Part shown: piece by piece, positions 8,710 to 19,307 of the stretch
Layout of the letters: every line of letters starts with the position of its first letter
Position numbering within the stretch: the first letter of the stretch is position 1
Assembly: GCA_041747555.1 (NCBI GenBank)
Contig: JBGTEY010000010.1
Span: 2,958 to 66,957, forward strand
Length of the DNA: 64,000 nucleotides
Reading direction: 5' to 3'
Origin: Patescibacteria group bacterium
GTDB lineage: Bacteria; Patescibacteriota; Microgenomatia; UBA1400; PJMF01
Program-made: the position numbers and the translations under genes
Notes under the pieces: model-generated
Told to the model about the DNA's origin: nothing
The model's database searches: none
What the model saw: the letters and a program-made list of their open reading frames with translations, nothing else

Positions 8710-10577
8710 TCGTTTACCAATCTACAAAGAAGCAGTTTTTAGTTGATGCGGCAAACGGGATTGAAGACATGATCCTTGATAAGGTTTCTGCAAACCTAGG
8801 GATGCGTGTTCAAGAAAATGGCAGTGAGTACAATTCCTGGAAAAACTCACTCGGCAACTACATGTTTCATGTGATGAATGATGAGGCAATTGCTGATGAT
8901 GTGAATGTTGCGGTTGAATACTCGATTCCTCGTACAAAAAATAGGATAGACTTTATTATTACTGGACTTGATGAAAACAACGAAGAAAAGGTAATTATTA
9001 TTGAGCTCAAGCAATGGTCTGAGGTTGGAGTAACGAACAAAGATGCAATTGTATCAACTCGGTTTCAGCATGGAGTAACTGAAACTAATCACCCCTCATA
9101 TCAAGCTTGGTCCTATTCAACATTACTTAATAATTTTAATGAAGTTGTCTATTTAGAGAATATCGATTTAATTCCGTGCGCATACCTACATAATCATCAG
9201 GATGATAATACCGTCACCAATGATATTTATAAGGAGTACTTGGTAAAAGCACCCCTTTTTTGTAAAGGTGAAAAAGAAAAGCTCCAAAAATTTATAACCA
9301 AATATGTAAAAAGTGGTGGAAGTAAGGATCTTCTCTATCGAATTGATTCCGGAAATGTAAGGCCAAGTAAAGAATTGGCTGATAGTCTTGCATCTATGAT
9401 GCTTGGAAATAAAGAATTTGTGCTCATTGATGATCAAAAGTTGGTTTACGAGACTGCTTTGGATCTTATTAGAAAAAATGAAGATACACAGAAACAGGTG
9501 TTTATTATTGAAGGTGGTCCAGGAACGGGAAAGTCAGTAGTAGCAATCAATTTGCTTGTAACTGCTATTCAAAACAAACTGAATGCGCACTACGTTACAA
9601 AAAACGCTGCGCCAAGAGCAGTTTTCGAGGCAAAGCTCACTGGGTCAATGACTAAGACAAAAATTCATAGCCTTTTCCAATCGTCGGGGGCATACATACA
9701 TGCAGAGCAAAATGAAATTGACGTTCTGATTGTGGATGAAGCTCATCGATTGAATGAGAAAGGTGGTATATTTAGCAATCTTGGTGAAAATCAAATCAAA
9801 GAACTAATTTATGCCGCCAAGACTTCTATATTTTTCATAGATGAAGATCAAAGGGTAACGTGGAAAGATATTGGTGAAAGCAGCGCAATAGAAGTGTGGG
9901 CTAGAAAATTGGGTGCAAACGTAAATCGGGCGAAATTGGAATCTCAATTTAGATGTAACGGCTCTGATGGATACCTAGCATGGCTTGATCATGTGCTTGA
10001 AATAAAGGAAACTGCAAATACCTCGCTACGAGGTATTTCATACGATTTTCGCGTTTTTGATTCGCCAACAGAAATGCGTAATGCTGTAATCTCAAAAAAT
10101 ACAAAAAATAAAGCTCGAATTCTAGCTGGTTATTGTTGGGACTGGGTCAGTAAAAGAGATAAGTCTTTGGCAGATATTGAATTTCCTGAATTTGATTTTT
10201 CCATGCAGTGGAATTTAACTGATGATGGCTATACGTATGTAATAGCTCCAAATTCAATAAATCAAGTGGGATGTATCCATACCGCACAGGGGCTCGAGCT
10301 TGAATATGTTGGTGTAATTATAGGTAAGGATTTATCGATAAGGAACTCGAGGGTGGTCACGGATCCTAGTGGAAGGGCAAAAACTGACAAATCACTCCAT
10401 GGCTACAAAAGAGATTTAAAGGCAGGTATCGAGGGTACTGAGGCAAAAGCTGATCTTTTGATAAAAAATACATATAGAACTTTGATGACGAGGGGAATGA
10501 AGGGATGTTTTATTTTTTCTGAGGATGAAGAGACGAGAGAATACTTTAGGAGTAGAATTGGTAAATTTTTTATCTGA
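8706..10577 (+). CDS. DUF2075 (Schlafen group 3-like) nuclease-helicase
   Basis: N-terminal EY..RID..IIELKQW nuclease-like motif; Walker A GGPGTGKS; VDEAH; SQFRCNG; GCIHTAQGLE; LMTRGMKG; ATGA overlap with upstream gene. Confidence 0.9.
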   Translation: MIVYQSTKKQFLVDAANGIEDMILDKVSANLGMRVQENGSEYNSWKNSLGNYMFHVMNDEAIADDVNVAVEYSIPRTKNRIDFIITGLDENNEEKVIIIELKQWSEVGVTNKDAIVSTRFQHGVTETNHPSYQAWSYSTLLNNFNEVVYLENIDLIPCAYLHNHQDDNTVTNDIYKEYLVKAPLFCKGEKEKLQKFITKYVKSGGSKDLLYRIDSGNVRPSKELADSLASMMLGNKEFVLIDDQKLVYETALDLIRKNEDTQKQVFIIEGGPGTGKSVVAINLLVTAIQNKLNAHYVTKNAAPRAVFEAKLTGSMTKTKIHSLFQSSGAYIHAEQNEIDVLIVDEAHRLNEKGGIFSNLGENQIKELIYAAKTSIFFIDEDQRVTWKDIGESSAIEVWARKLGANVNRAKLESQFRCNGSDGYLAWLDHVLEIKETANTSLRGISYDFRVFDSPTEMRNAVISKNTKNKARILAGYCWDWVSKRDKSLADIEFPEFDFSMQWNLTDDGYTYVIAPNSINQVGCIHTAQGLELEYVGVIIGKDLSIRNSRVVTDPSGRAKTDKSLHGYKRDLKAGIEGTEAKADLLIKNTYRTLMTRGMKGCFIFSEDEETREYFRSRIGKFFI

Positions 10578-10597
10578 TAGCTAAAGAATAATTCCCT

Positions 10598-11083
10598 ATG
10601 CATTCCCACCAATATTTTACCACTTACAAAACCCTCCCCAGCCCCAAACTCATCGAAGCAATCTGCAACCTCGTCTTCACCGACAACCGCGCCATGCCTG
10701 CGCATTACACCAGCAACGGTGGGACGCAGTCGTTTTGTGTTGATTTTGATGGCATTCAGGAGGACGACGAGTATCAAATGGCGTCGGTGGCATTTTATCA
10801 AGTGCATGACTATATGGAAGATGCGGACAATCTTTCTGACTCAGATCGGGCAATGATCATACGGTGTGGTGAGGATTTGATGATTAGCTCCTATATCTTG
10901 CATACTCTTGAGAGAGTAGAGGTGCTCGAAGAAGTAATCGAGTGGCTCACCCAAGCAAATCTTGAGGGCTGGCCCGTTGAGGAAGGCGCAGAGCGAGTGT
11001 TTGGGACGGAGTCTGCACGGAAATGGTTTGCGTTTTGTGTGGAGTATGGTGGGGAAGTGGCTACAAAGGCTCGTTCAATCTAA
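10598..11083 (+). CDS. hypothetical protein
   Basis: 161 aa ORF filling the gap; no motif recognised. Confidence 0.6.
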   Translation: MHSHQYFTTYKTLPSPKLIEAICNLVFTDNRAMPAHYTSNGGTQSFCVDFDGIQEDDEYQMASVAFYQVHDYMEDADNLSDSDRAMIIRCGEDLMISSYILHTLERVEVLEEVIEWLTQANLEGWPVEEGAERVFGTESARKWFAFCVEYGGEVATKARSI

Positions 11084-11154
11084 AGCATCCGGAGCGCCTG
11101 CGATCCATACAAAGATTTTGTTATCAGAGAAAAGTGTGTGTTTGGCGTTGTGCA

Positions 11155-11373
11155 CTACCTGCTCCGTTCCGCCTTTTCAACTTCGCCGGCAACGTCAACT
11201 TCTTGCACCTCATTATCATCCCCATCTTGATACAGCCCGACTTCTTCGACCTGTTCATCAATCGAATCGTCTGATTCTGGATTGGTCATGTGACCGCTAA
11301 CACTTTCTTCATCGTGCTCTTGTGGTGTTTCTAGTTCTTCTTCAGTAATGGTGCTTGCAGGTGTCTGTTGCAT
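11155..11373 (-). CDS. small highly acidic hypothetical protein
   Basis: 72 aa E/D-rich ORF with AAAGGAAG SD-like sequence upstream. Confidence 0.6.
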   Translation of the reverse strand: MQQTPASTITEEELETPQEHDEESVSGHMTNPESDDSIDEQVEEVGLYQDGDDNEVQEVDVAGEVEKAERSR

Positions 11374-11543
11374 GGCTTCCTTTCTTGTATTAGTACTTGG
11401 TTTGTACTATGGAGGAGTCAGGTCAGTATTTTGCGTACTGAGTGTAAGCATTTTGTAAGGAGTCATTTGTATACTAAAAATTCTTACAGAAATCATACAC
11501 ACAGCTCATCTCAACATTATTGAAAAAAGACATACTAGTTTTC

Positions 11544-12779
11544 ATGAACACCACAAACACCCAAACCACTGGCACGCTTTTTACATCCCTTCTTGGCGCA
11601 GAAATTTCACCAGAGCAAGAAAATGACCACTTTCTTCTCAGCCTCTACGTCCCCAATGACAGCTCTAAATTGCAGGTTAGCCAGGTTATCAAATCCCATA
11701 TTTCCCGGGCATTCAAATCTCAAGAATCAACCAAAGATTTCATGCGCGTTGCAGATGCAATTACCGAAGTGTTTGAAAAACACGTGCACGACACGCCAGA
11801 GCTTTTGGAAGGCATGGCATTCTTTACCCCCTTCCAACTGACCACTGATCGTCCAGAGGATATCCGTGAAAAAATCGTGTCTGAGATGATTTTTATCAAA
11901 CTCCACAGCGCACCACAACCAAATGCAACGATTGGCACAATATATAATCTTGACCAGCTGGCATTCATCACCCAGCGGCAATTTTATGCGCATGTGCTCC
12001 ACGTGACCAGAAATGAAGCTGATGTCTATCAATACGACACGCAAAGTTTTGAGAAAATATTCACTATTGAGAACCCTTATTTAGTAGACAAAGAAAAAGA
12101 ACATCTAGAATTTTATGGACCAAGTCAAGGAAAGCGAGTCGTACATGGTACAGGGAGCAATAAGCTTTCTAAGCGCGAAGACAAAGAAAACGAGCAATTT
12201 CTGAAGCGTGTCATCGAATCATTTGAAAAAAAAGTCCCGGTCACCGACCAGCACGAGCTCCTGTTCGTCTACTACTCAGAAAACTTTGAAGATCACATCA
12301 AGGACGCAGTAGATGCACTCGACAAAAAACGCAAAAACCTCCACTGCATCCTCATCGACAAAAATCACCCTACGGCCAGCGAGCTCAAAAAGGCAACCAC
12401 ACAAGAGCTCAAAAACCATCGCAACAAAGCAACGGACACCGTACTCAATGCACTAAAAAATAACCGCAGTACCTTTGCAGTTGGCTGGAACGACGTCACC
12501 AAAGCCAGTCGCCACGGCATGATTGAAGCACTCATTATCAAGGTTGGCGCAGAACAAGAGGGGTACCTCCTAGAAGACTACCTCTACAGCTACCCAATCA
12601 TGGGATCAAGCAAGGTGGACTCTCTGTATCGGCACTTGGTGCGAGCTACGATCCAGAGTGGGGGAGAAATATATCTCATTGATAAGGGTCTGCAGAAAAA
12701 AAATCCGTTACATGACATAGAAGTCGCTGCGCTCATACCGAGCCATGCTGATTTTCTCAATATCACAGATTCTGATTAA
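11544..12779 (+). CDS. baeRF-family (archaeo-eukaryotic release factor-like) protein
   Basis: LSLYVP, HGTG-containing loop, C-terminal eRF1 domain 3-like GWNDVTKASRHGMIEALII...IQSGGEIY. Confidence 0.6.
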   Translation: MNTTNTQTTGTLFTSLLGAEISPEQENDHFLLSLYVPNDSSKLQVSQVIKSHISRAFKSQESTKDFMRVADAITEVFEKHVHDTPELLEGMAFFTPFQLTTDRPEDIREKIVSEMIFIKLHSAPQPNATIGTIYNLDQLAFITQRQFYAHVLHVTRNEADVYQYDTQSFEKIFTIENPYLVDKEKEHLEFYGPSQGKRVVHGTGSNKLSKREDKENEQFLKRVIESFEKKVPVTDQHELLFVYYSENFEDHIKDAVDALDKKRKNLHCILIDKNHPTASELKKATTQELKNHRNKATDTVLNALKNNRSTFAVGWNDVTKASRHGMIEALIIKVGAEQEGYLLEDYLYSYPIMGSSKVDSLYRHLVRATIQSGGEIYLIDKGLQKKNPLHDIEVAALIPSHADFLNITDSD

Positions 12780-12858
12780 GCACGTGATTTTGCAAGAGCA
12801 CATACATACATCAATCGCAGGAATTGACTAGGTATTTTGCATTATTTTGGAAATCTAA

Positions 12859-15381
12859 TTACAAACTCGTAATCAGTATGTAATTCAACTTAGCATTCAC
12901 GGCACCGCGATCAGTCAAAACCGTAATTCTGCCATCCTGCACATTTACAATGCCTGCGTAATAGTCAAAATTATCTTGGCTATCATCAGTAAACGTAATA
13001 TTCTCCACGCGCAAGTGGTTGAGTGAGTCGGTAAAGCTAGCGTCACCAGCCATGATTGTCACTTGATACGTGCCATTGGGAACCGCAATTTCCCAGGTAT
13101 ACCTACCACCAAGTTGCATATGAATTAGCGTATTGCGCAGGAGTGATTCGTTGGAGGTTCTTTCTCTGGTAGCTGATTCTATATTTGAATTCCAGCCGTA
13201 TGTTTGACCATTTCTGACACCATACACCTGACCGTAATCAGGTAGATAGCCACTGGGTATCGAAGCTGTTTGTGGTTGGAAATTGATTTTAATTTCATTA
13301 ATTGTTGTCGGTGGAGTGACGGGCGCAGAGGTGGGTGTAGATATGGGGCTCGGCTGGGTTCCTATCACCGGACTTGGGCGAACTCTCGCAGAGGGTTGCG
13401 GTGTGAGCGCGGGACTTGGGTTGGTTGGAGTTGATGGTGTTGACGGCGTTGGAACAGGCGCCGAAGCTGTATTCATCTCGAATGCACCTATGTTTGGATT
13501 TTGACCGCGCGTTCGACCCAGAATATCTTGGGTTGGAGCAAGATCTGGATTGGCTGCATCGATGACGGTGCTAGAGTTCGGTTCACCGTAAAAACTCACT
13601 ATGTCAGAAAAGACGTCAGAAATTGCTGCCCTGGCTATTGCTCCTGAGCGGACAGCGCGAAAGGTACTGCCGTTCCAGGTGGGTGTAATAATTGTCGATA
13701 CATCGGGTAAATCAGGATTAACAACAACGCGAGTTGCGTCCTCTGTGTATTGTGCCAAGAAGCTATTCACCACGGGGATGGGATTTCCTCCATTCCAAAA
13801 TACATTGTTAGTCAGAAGTCTGTTTGAGGTGATGCCGCTACTGTCAGCTTGCGCAAAATACGCAGGACTTCCATCTTCTGACCCCATGGTACCGGTTGGA
13901 TCAGACCAAATATTATTGGCGATAGTGACGTTGTTGTTTGGATAGTTTTGTGAAAAACTTTGTGTTTTGAGGCGATAGCCGTAGTGTCTGCTTGGCAAAT
14001 TGCCCGTAATGGTATTGTTGCGGAACATGAAATTGTTGACACCTTCAAGTTCGAAGAGCGCTTTGGTTATACCTGTGCCATTTCCGATAAATAAATTGTT
14101 TTCTACTAATCCATGATTGAGCACATAGGATAGCGTGTCTTCTGCGCCAAATTGGAGCCAAGGAATTTGGGTGCCGGTGGTGCTGTAGTTGAAGAAAATA
14201 TTCTCAGAAATCGTAATTGAGTTAGAGCCAACGATAGTATCGCAATTTGAGCCCGTTGGATCGCACGTATCTAGCCTGGAGCCAGGACTTGAGCTACTGG
14301 AATTGACCGCAAACGTGTTGCCATTGGGGTGGGGGACAACCACAGAGCCCGACTGATTAGTGAGTCCAGCTCGGTTTATTTCTGGGACCCCGAGACTACT
14401 ATCTTTTACCACAATATACCCAGCTGGTTCGGCATTTTTTGCAAAATCATTAAAGAAAATATTCTTGTTTATTTTTACGTTGAAAACACTATTCACATCA
14501 ATAAATTCTTCTGTGGTTCCATTATTCGCTGTAGAGCCTGCCTGATTATTTTTGGTGGCTTGATTGTAGAAAAGATTGCCGGTGATATTGATATCGCCGC
14601 CATTTTGAATCTTGATGTGGTCGTTGCAATAGCTGTCGTGAATGATGTTATTTTCAAAGGTGATTTGACCAGAATAATCGGTGCCGTTGGGGTAGAGCTT
14701 GGAATTTGCATCGTAGTAGACGTTGTCTGGTCCTCGTTTTGCACCAAATGGGCCACCAGGGTCACTCGAATCATTTACCTGAATAATGTATGCAGAACTA
14801 TTGCTTGGATCGCATGAGGGGATTGGTTCGATGTGTTTAAGCTCTAAATCTGCAATGCGAAGGTTGTAGGCATTATTTAATCGAAGTACGATGCCAGTAT
14901 TTTGCAGAACTGCTTTATATGGAGTAGCTGCGGTTACGGTTACGGGGTATTGAAAATGTTTATCTATAATTTGTTGTTCACCTGTGTACACACCATCGGT
15001 GAAGATAATTGCGTCACCTGCCTGACTTCCAATTCCGGGGAGGCTCAGGGCAGTTTTAAGTGATTTGCAAGGTTGGGAGCTGGTGCAGGGTGATGAATCA
15101 TTTCCATTGGGAGCAAGGTAAAAACTTCTGGTGATAACTTGAGCTGCAGGCGCGGCTTGAGATTCAGGCTCGGTCCGTGTGGAGATATTTGCGACACTGA
15201 GGCCGACTGCGCCAAGAATGATTAACACCGGTATCAGTGTTTTTGCTAAACGAGCGGCGTTACTTTGACGAGGTCTTCTGGGAGCAGTATCAGGCGACGG
15301 ATACGTTGAACTGGATTGCGCCGAAGCGAACGAATCATTGGTGTGAGGAGACGACAGTCGTTCTGATGGATTAGTCTGCAT
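12859..15381 (-). CDS. membrane-anchored right-handed beta-helix protein with Pro/Thr linker and C-terminal carbohydrate-binding-like domain
   Basis: N-terminal TM; FYLAPNGNDSSPC; repeated ENNIIH/NNIW rungs; DILGRTR...NIGAFE tail; PTPS linker; KINFQP...YGW domain. Confidence 0.8.
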   Translation of the reverse strand: MQTNPSERLSSPHTNDSFASAQSSSTYPSPDTAPRRPRQSNAARLAKTLIPVLIILGAVGLSVANISTRTEPESQAAPAAQVITRSFYLAPNGNDSSPCTSSQPCKSLKTALSLPGIGSQAGDAIIFTDGVYTGEQQIIDKHFQYPVTVTAATPYKAVLQNTGIVLRLNNAYNLRIADLELKHIEPIPSCDPSNSSAYIIQVNDSSDPGGPFGAKRGPDNVYYDANSKLYPNGTDYSGQITFENNIIHDSYCNDHIKIQNGGDINITGNLFYNQATKNNQAGSTANNGTTEEFIDVNSVFNVKINKNIFFNDFAKNAEPAGYIVVKDSSLGVPEINRAGLTNQSGSVVVPHPNGNTFAVNSSSSSPGSRLDTCDPTGSNCDTIVGSNSITISENIFFNYSTTGTQIPWLQFGAEDTLSYVLNHGLVENNLFIGNGTGITKALFELEGVNNFMFRNNTITGNLPSRHYGYRLKTQSFSQNYPNNNVTIANNIWSDPTGTMGSEDGSPAYFAQADSSGITSNRLLTNNVFWNGGNPIPVVNSFLAQYTEDATRVVVNPDLPDVSTIITPTWNGSTFRAVRSGAIARAAISDVFSDIVSFYGEPNSSTVIDAANPDLAPTQDILGRTRGQNPNIGAFEMNTASAPVPTPSTPSTPTNPSPALTPQPSARVRPSPVIGTQPSPISTPTSAPVTPPTTINEIKINFQPQTASIPSGYLPDYGQVYGVRNGQTYGWNSNIESATRERTSNESLLRNTLIHMQLGGRYTWEIAVPNGTYQVTIMAGDASFTDSLNHLRVENITFTDDSQDNFDYYAGIVNVQDGRITVLTDRGAVNAKLNYILITSL

Positions 15382-15470
15382 GTGACTTCAGTCTGACGGA
15401 GATCTGGGGGTGTGTCAAGTTGCTGAGTGCAATGTAGTTGTTATAGTAATTTATGAGGTATACTATCGGG

Positions 15471-16007
15471 ATGAAAAAAGATGGGGTAGAGGCAATTGGT
15501 GCATTAGAAAATCACACTGAAACAAAGAGTGTGTTAAATAAAACTAATTTGGCTGTCCTATACACGCTTATATCTGTGACAGTATCAACCTATTATTACA
15601 CTCAAGTTCCCGAGTTAAGGAGCGCTGAATTACAAGGCATCTTAACACCGTTTGAAGAGCGAGCGCTGCACTATTTTCTAAATTATATTGGCAACCATGT
15701 TGCCACGTTCAATTGGATGATGCTCGGGGTAATCATTGATTCTGCCATAACCATTATTCAAACAAAAATTGATCAACACAGTGATTTAGCAAAAGCCATT
15801 AGCATAGCTCAAATTATAATTCCGTATGTCGTACTAACACTTCTGTTTATAGCAAATGTCGATACAGAATATCTTCAGTTGCTCCCGGTTAGTTTCGGTT
15901 CACCACACCTCTATGATATTCCGGCGGGTGTATTCGGCATGCTGTCTGGCGCTCTTTTGTTGGAAGAGTACCGATCCAAGGTGTTGTCACGGATTCATTC
16001 CAAATAA
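15471..16007 (+). CDS. hypothetical membrane protein
   Basis: About 4 hydrophobic segments; TATACT 6 nt before ATG 15471. Confidence 0.6.
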   Translation: MKKDGVEAIGALENHTETKSVLNKTNLAVLYTLISVTVSTYYYTQVPELRSAELQGILTPFEERALHYFLNYIGNHVATFNWMMLGVIIDSAITIIQTKIDQHSDLAKAISIAQIIIPYVVLTLLFIANVDTEYLQLLPVSFGSPHLYDIPAGVFGMLSGALLLEEYRSKVLSRIHSK

Positions 16008-16141
16008 CCGTGTTTTTAGACCAGGTAATTAATCACGTACGCACCAGCAATCAAAGAAACTAGCGAGCCACCAGCCAAAACTGCTGATTTGGTGACGATC
16101 CATCACAAATTGAGACATGACTGGATGCTATAATCAGCACT

Positions 16142-16603
16142 ATGATCACAGACATTGAAAACGTCATTCGACAGTATCTCCCAACCGTTATTCATCTTTC
16201 TTTGGCTACGACCAGAGACTCACAACCATGGATTTGTGAAGTGCATTACGTGTTTGATGATGATTTGAACCTTTATTTTCGGTCGAAGCCATCGAGAAGG
16301 CATAGTTTAGAGATCGCAGACAACAATAGAGTGGCGGGAAACATAGTCGCGCAACACGTAGTGGGCGAGAAACCCAGAGGTGTTTATTTTGAAGGTGTTG
16401 CGGAGTTGCTTGAGAATGTGGATGAGCGCTCGGTCGCATATACACTGTACTGTGATCGATTTGGGACGACGGAAGAAATTCTCACCGATGCAAAAAAAGA
16501 AGACGGTCATAAATTTTACAAAATTTCAGTTTCAAAGTATTATCTTTTTGACAAAAAAGAGTCTGATCCAAGTCAGAAGTATGAACTGAATTGGCAGAGG
16601 TAA
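16142..16603 (+). CDS. pyridoxamine 5'-phosphate oxidase-like FMN-binding protein
   Basis: LSLAT..QPW...VHY....LYFRS...RRHS..I..N.RVA pattern. Confidence 0.8.
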   Translation: MITDIENVIRQYLPTVIHLSLATTRDSQPWICEVHYVFDDDLNLYFRSKPSRRHSLEIADNNRVAGNIVAQHVVGEKPRGVYFEGVAELLENVDERSVAYTLYCDRFGTTEEILTDAKKEDGHKFYKISVSKYYLFDKKESDPSQKYELNWQR

Positions 16604-16675
16604 TAGGGAAATATGCTCCTGAACTTTTGTTTTTAAAAACTAGTTCCAAGATGAACTCATTCACACTTGAATATC

Positions 16676-17794
16676 TCAAATGTTGTACACATCCTTCGTG
16701 AGTGTTGCTAAGACATTTTTTTTAGAAAATGATGATTTGAAGGTTGTATCGAGCGTATATTTTTTTGTATAGCTTGGTACGTTCTGGCAACAATCAGAAA
16801 TTTTCTCAGCCAATAATCGTGTATTATTTTGTTTAAACTTGAGGTGAGGAAGCGAAGACGATTCTACAATTTCGGACAGCGCCGATGCGTCAGCAACAAG
16901 CACGGGAATTCCAGATAGTGCTGCCTGCAGGGTAGTGATGCTCTGCACTTCAACATTTGACGGCATCACGAAAAAATCAGTGTTACAAAATAAATCGGCC
17001 TTTTTCTTTTCATGGACTGTTCCGAGAATGGTGACTGATGTTTCGCAACCTAATTTTTTGGCGAGTGATTGTAGTTTTTGGCGCTGATTTTTTAGATTTC
17101 TGCCTGCAATGGTCAGATGTTTATTTTTTTGTTGAACGAGCGACCAGCCCTTGATGAGTAATTTTAAATTTTTATCTGGGTCGAGTCTGCCGAAGAATAA
17201 GAAATGTACCGTTTTTGATTCAGAGGTGACATGCCTTGGTTTTTGATATTTTTCTATCCAGAAAGGTACTCGAATGATGGCGGGCTTGAGACGTAATTTT
17301 TTTAATTCCTGAATAATAAAATGTGAGGGTGCGATAATCACGTCACTTGGTTGTAAAAACCATTTCCAGTACATCCATCCCAATTTGGTCAGTAGTTTGG
17401 TGTAGTAGCGTGAAAATGGCAGATATTTTGCTAAAAAATTAGGGATTCCGTGCACGGTAATTACAAGTTTTGTATTTGAGTGCATCGCCCATGCACGTGC
17501 CCAAAACCCTAAAAAACTTGGCGAGTGAATATGCACCACGTCTGGATTAAACTGTTCTATTTGTTTTCGAATAGCATAAAATTGCAAGGGAATGACGGTA
17601 TCAAGTCGAAATGGATTTTTGATACCTTTGACCGGTATGGTGTCTTTAGTGTGGGGGACAGATTTGTGAAACGGTGCGAGTATTTTGACCGAATGATCGA
17701 GATTTTTGAGCTCAAAAGCGTACTCTGAAACAACTGTGGTCACACCACTGATGGTGGGGAGGTAGCTGTCGGTGACGAGGAGGATTTTTGCCAT
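16676..17794 (-). CDS. glycosyltransferase family 4 (GT-B)
   Basis: KILLVTDSYLPTISGV, PDVVHIHSP, FGRLDPDKN, MPSNVEVQSITTLQA. Confidence 0.9.
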   Translation of the reverse strand: MAKILLVTDSYLPTISGVTTVVSEYAFELKNLDHSVKILAPFHKSVPHTKDTIPVKGIKNPFRLDTVIPLQFYAIRKQIEQFNPDVVHIHSPSFLGFWARAWAMHSNTKLVITVHGIPNFLAKYLPFSRYYTKLLTKLGWMYWKWFLQPSDVIIAPSHFIIQELKKLRLKPAIIRVPFWIEKYQKPRHVTSESKTVHFLFFGRLDPDKNLKLLIKGWSLVQQKNKHLTIAGRNLKNQRQKLQSLAKKLGCETSVTILGTVHEKKKADLFCNTDFFVMPSNVEVQSITTLQAALSGIPVLVADASALSEIVESSSLPHLKFKQNNTRLLAEKISDCCQNVPSYTKKYTLDTTFKSSFSKKNVLATLTKDVYNI

Positions 17795-17886
17795 TTTGGT
17801 GTGGATTCTCGGAGCCGTGTTTTTTAACTACGCACTCTGCAATAGTATACAGTTTTTGAATATGAAACGAGAGGAATCCTATTTTT

Positions 17887-18858
17887 TTAGGATGATTTTT
17901 CTGAAGTGTCGCCAACCAACTCATATTCTAGAGGGTCAATATCACCCAGTCCGAGTGCGAGATTGGCAATAGTGCCACTAATTTCAGCTTTCGTAAATGG
18001 ATCTAAGGCGGGGTCACTGCTTGCAACGGGGAATAGGCGAAGTTCAATACCTGGAGGGAACAAATCTTTGACTTGTTTCAAGCGGAAAAACCGAACTGCT
18101 TGTGTGGACATTACCACAGTAATTACTGCATCTTTAGTGATGAATCCGTCAGGATTTTCTTCTGATTGAAGATGTTTTTGAATATAGTCTGCAAGTGGTT
18201 GGAGCTGTGTAACAGTGTCTTTTACTGTATAGGGTCGGATAATTCTAACAAGTTCTTTCGGAACAAATGACTTTGCTGATCGAAGTACGTTAAATAAATC
18301 TTTTCCTTCTAGCTGAGTACCTACATACACTATTTTCTGGCCAGAATCTTCTAGAGCTTGACGAACTTCAGCACGCAAGGCATTCAAAGTAGAATTTAGC
18401 CAGCTAAGATACGGTTTTTCTGTAAAAGCAGAAAAGTCTCGTCCAGCAGCTACCCCAGCTCTCATAATAGAAAGTATTGCAGCTGCGTCACTTTGAATTC
18501 GATCAGAAAATCTACTCCACCATTCTGGTCCAAAGAAATTTCCTTTTCTTGGTTCGGCATATGTGCCTCCTGCTGCTGACAACACAATGGTGAGATGCTG
18601 TCTTTTTGCATCTTCCTCTGTAATATTCCATCGTTCTGGATTTCTTGCGGCAGCTTCAATTGCATATGCCTCTTTAAGACAGTTTGAAATTATTTTTTGA
18701 ATTGTTTCGTCGTCAGGTTTTTTAAAATTTGGATGAGACTCAATGCGCTTAAAAGTGCCTTTTAATAAGGCATTTATTTCTTCATGGGTCGGCAAGTCTT
18801 CAGTTTGGATACTTGGACTTGTTGGGTGAAATCTGTCTAAAGTTTCTTTTAATTGCAT
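17887..18858 (-). CDS. hypothetical protein (weak DUF218-like alpha/beta pattern)
   Basis: 323 aa ORF; TATAAT 6 nt before ATG. Confidence 0.55.
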   Translation of the reverse strand: MQLKETLDRFHPTSPSIQTEDLPTHEEINALLKGTFKRIESHPNFKKPDDETIQKIISNCLKEAYAIEAAARNPERWNITEEDAKRQHLTIVLSAAGGTYAEPRKGNFFGPEWWSRFSDRIQSDAAAILSIMRAGVAAGRDFSAFTEKPYLSWLNSTLNALRAEVRQALEDSGQKIVYVGTQLEGKDLFNVLRSAKSFVPKELVRIIRPYTVKDTVTQLQPLADYIQKHLQSEENPDGFITKDAVITVVMSTQAVRFFRLKQVKDLFPPGIELRLFPVASSDPALDPFTKAEISGTIANLALGLGDIDPLEYELVGDTSEKSS

Positions 18859-18908
18859 CCTAATATTATATCATATAGGGTCAAATAGATTCAGAATTAT
18901 GGATGTGC

Positions 18909-19307
18909 TTAATTATTCAGCCCAGCTTCAATCAACTCCAAAAGCACTTTTTCATCAACATCCTCAAGTTTTTTTATATACAAGCAACCAACACCACGTT
19001 TGTGTGGGCCTAATTTCTTGAGCAATGTTTCGAATGTATCGAGATCGCAGGTGAGGTAGAGGCTTAATTTGCCTTTTCTTGCTGCAAAGCCGATCGGAAA
19101 CCAATCGAGTTCTTTGCCGCTGGCGTACTTGAGGTGGGTTGAGCCGAAACCGATGATTGAGTCGCCCCAGATGGTGGGTTGGGCGCCGCTTGCGGCGCCC
19201 ATCATCTCCACCAGCTTCTCAGCATCTGCACGCTGAGTAGTATCAGAGATTGACGCAATATATTCTTTTACAGATTTTTTTGTTGGTTTGGTTTTGAGTT
19301 CAGCCAT
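18909..19307 (-). CDS. DUF1801 (YdhG-like) protein
   Basis: KTKPT..SV..YI, WGDSIIGFG...Y.SG...DW...GFAARK, GCLYIKKLEDVD. Confidence 0.9.
   Translation of the reverse strand: MAELKTKPTKKSVKEYIASISDTTQRADAEKLVEMMGAASGAQPTIWGDSIIGFGSTHLKYASGKELDWFPIGFAARKGKLSLYLTCDLDTFETLLKKLGPHKRGVGCLYIKKLEDVDEKVLLELIEAGLNN

Noticed and set aside
13300-13470. PTPS-type repeats here and at ~23640-23700 and ~34150-34380 as DNA repeat elements
   Set aside because: Explained by low-complexity protein linkers
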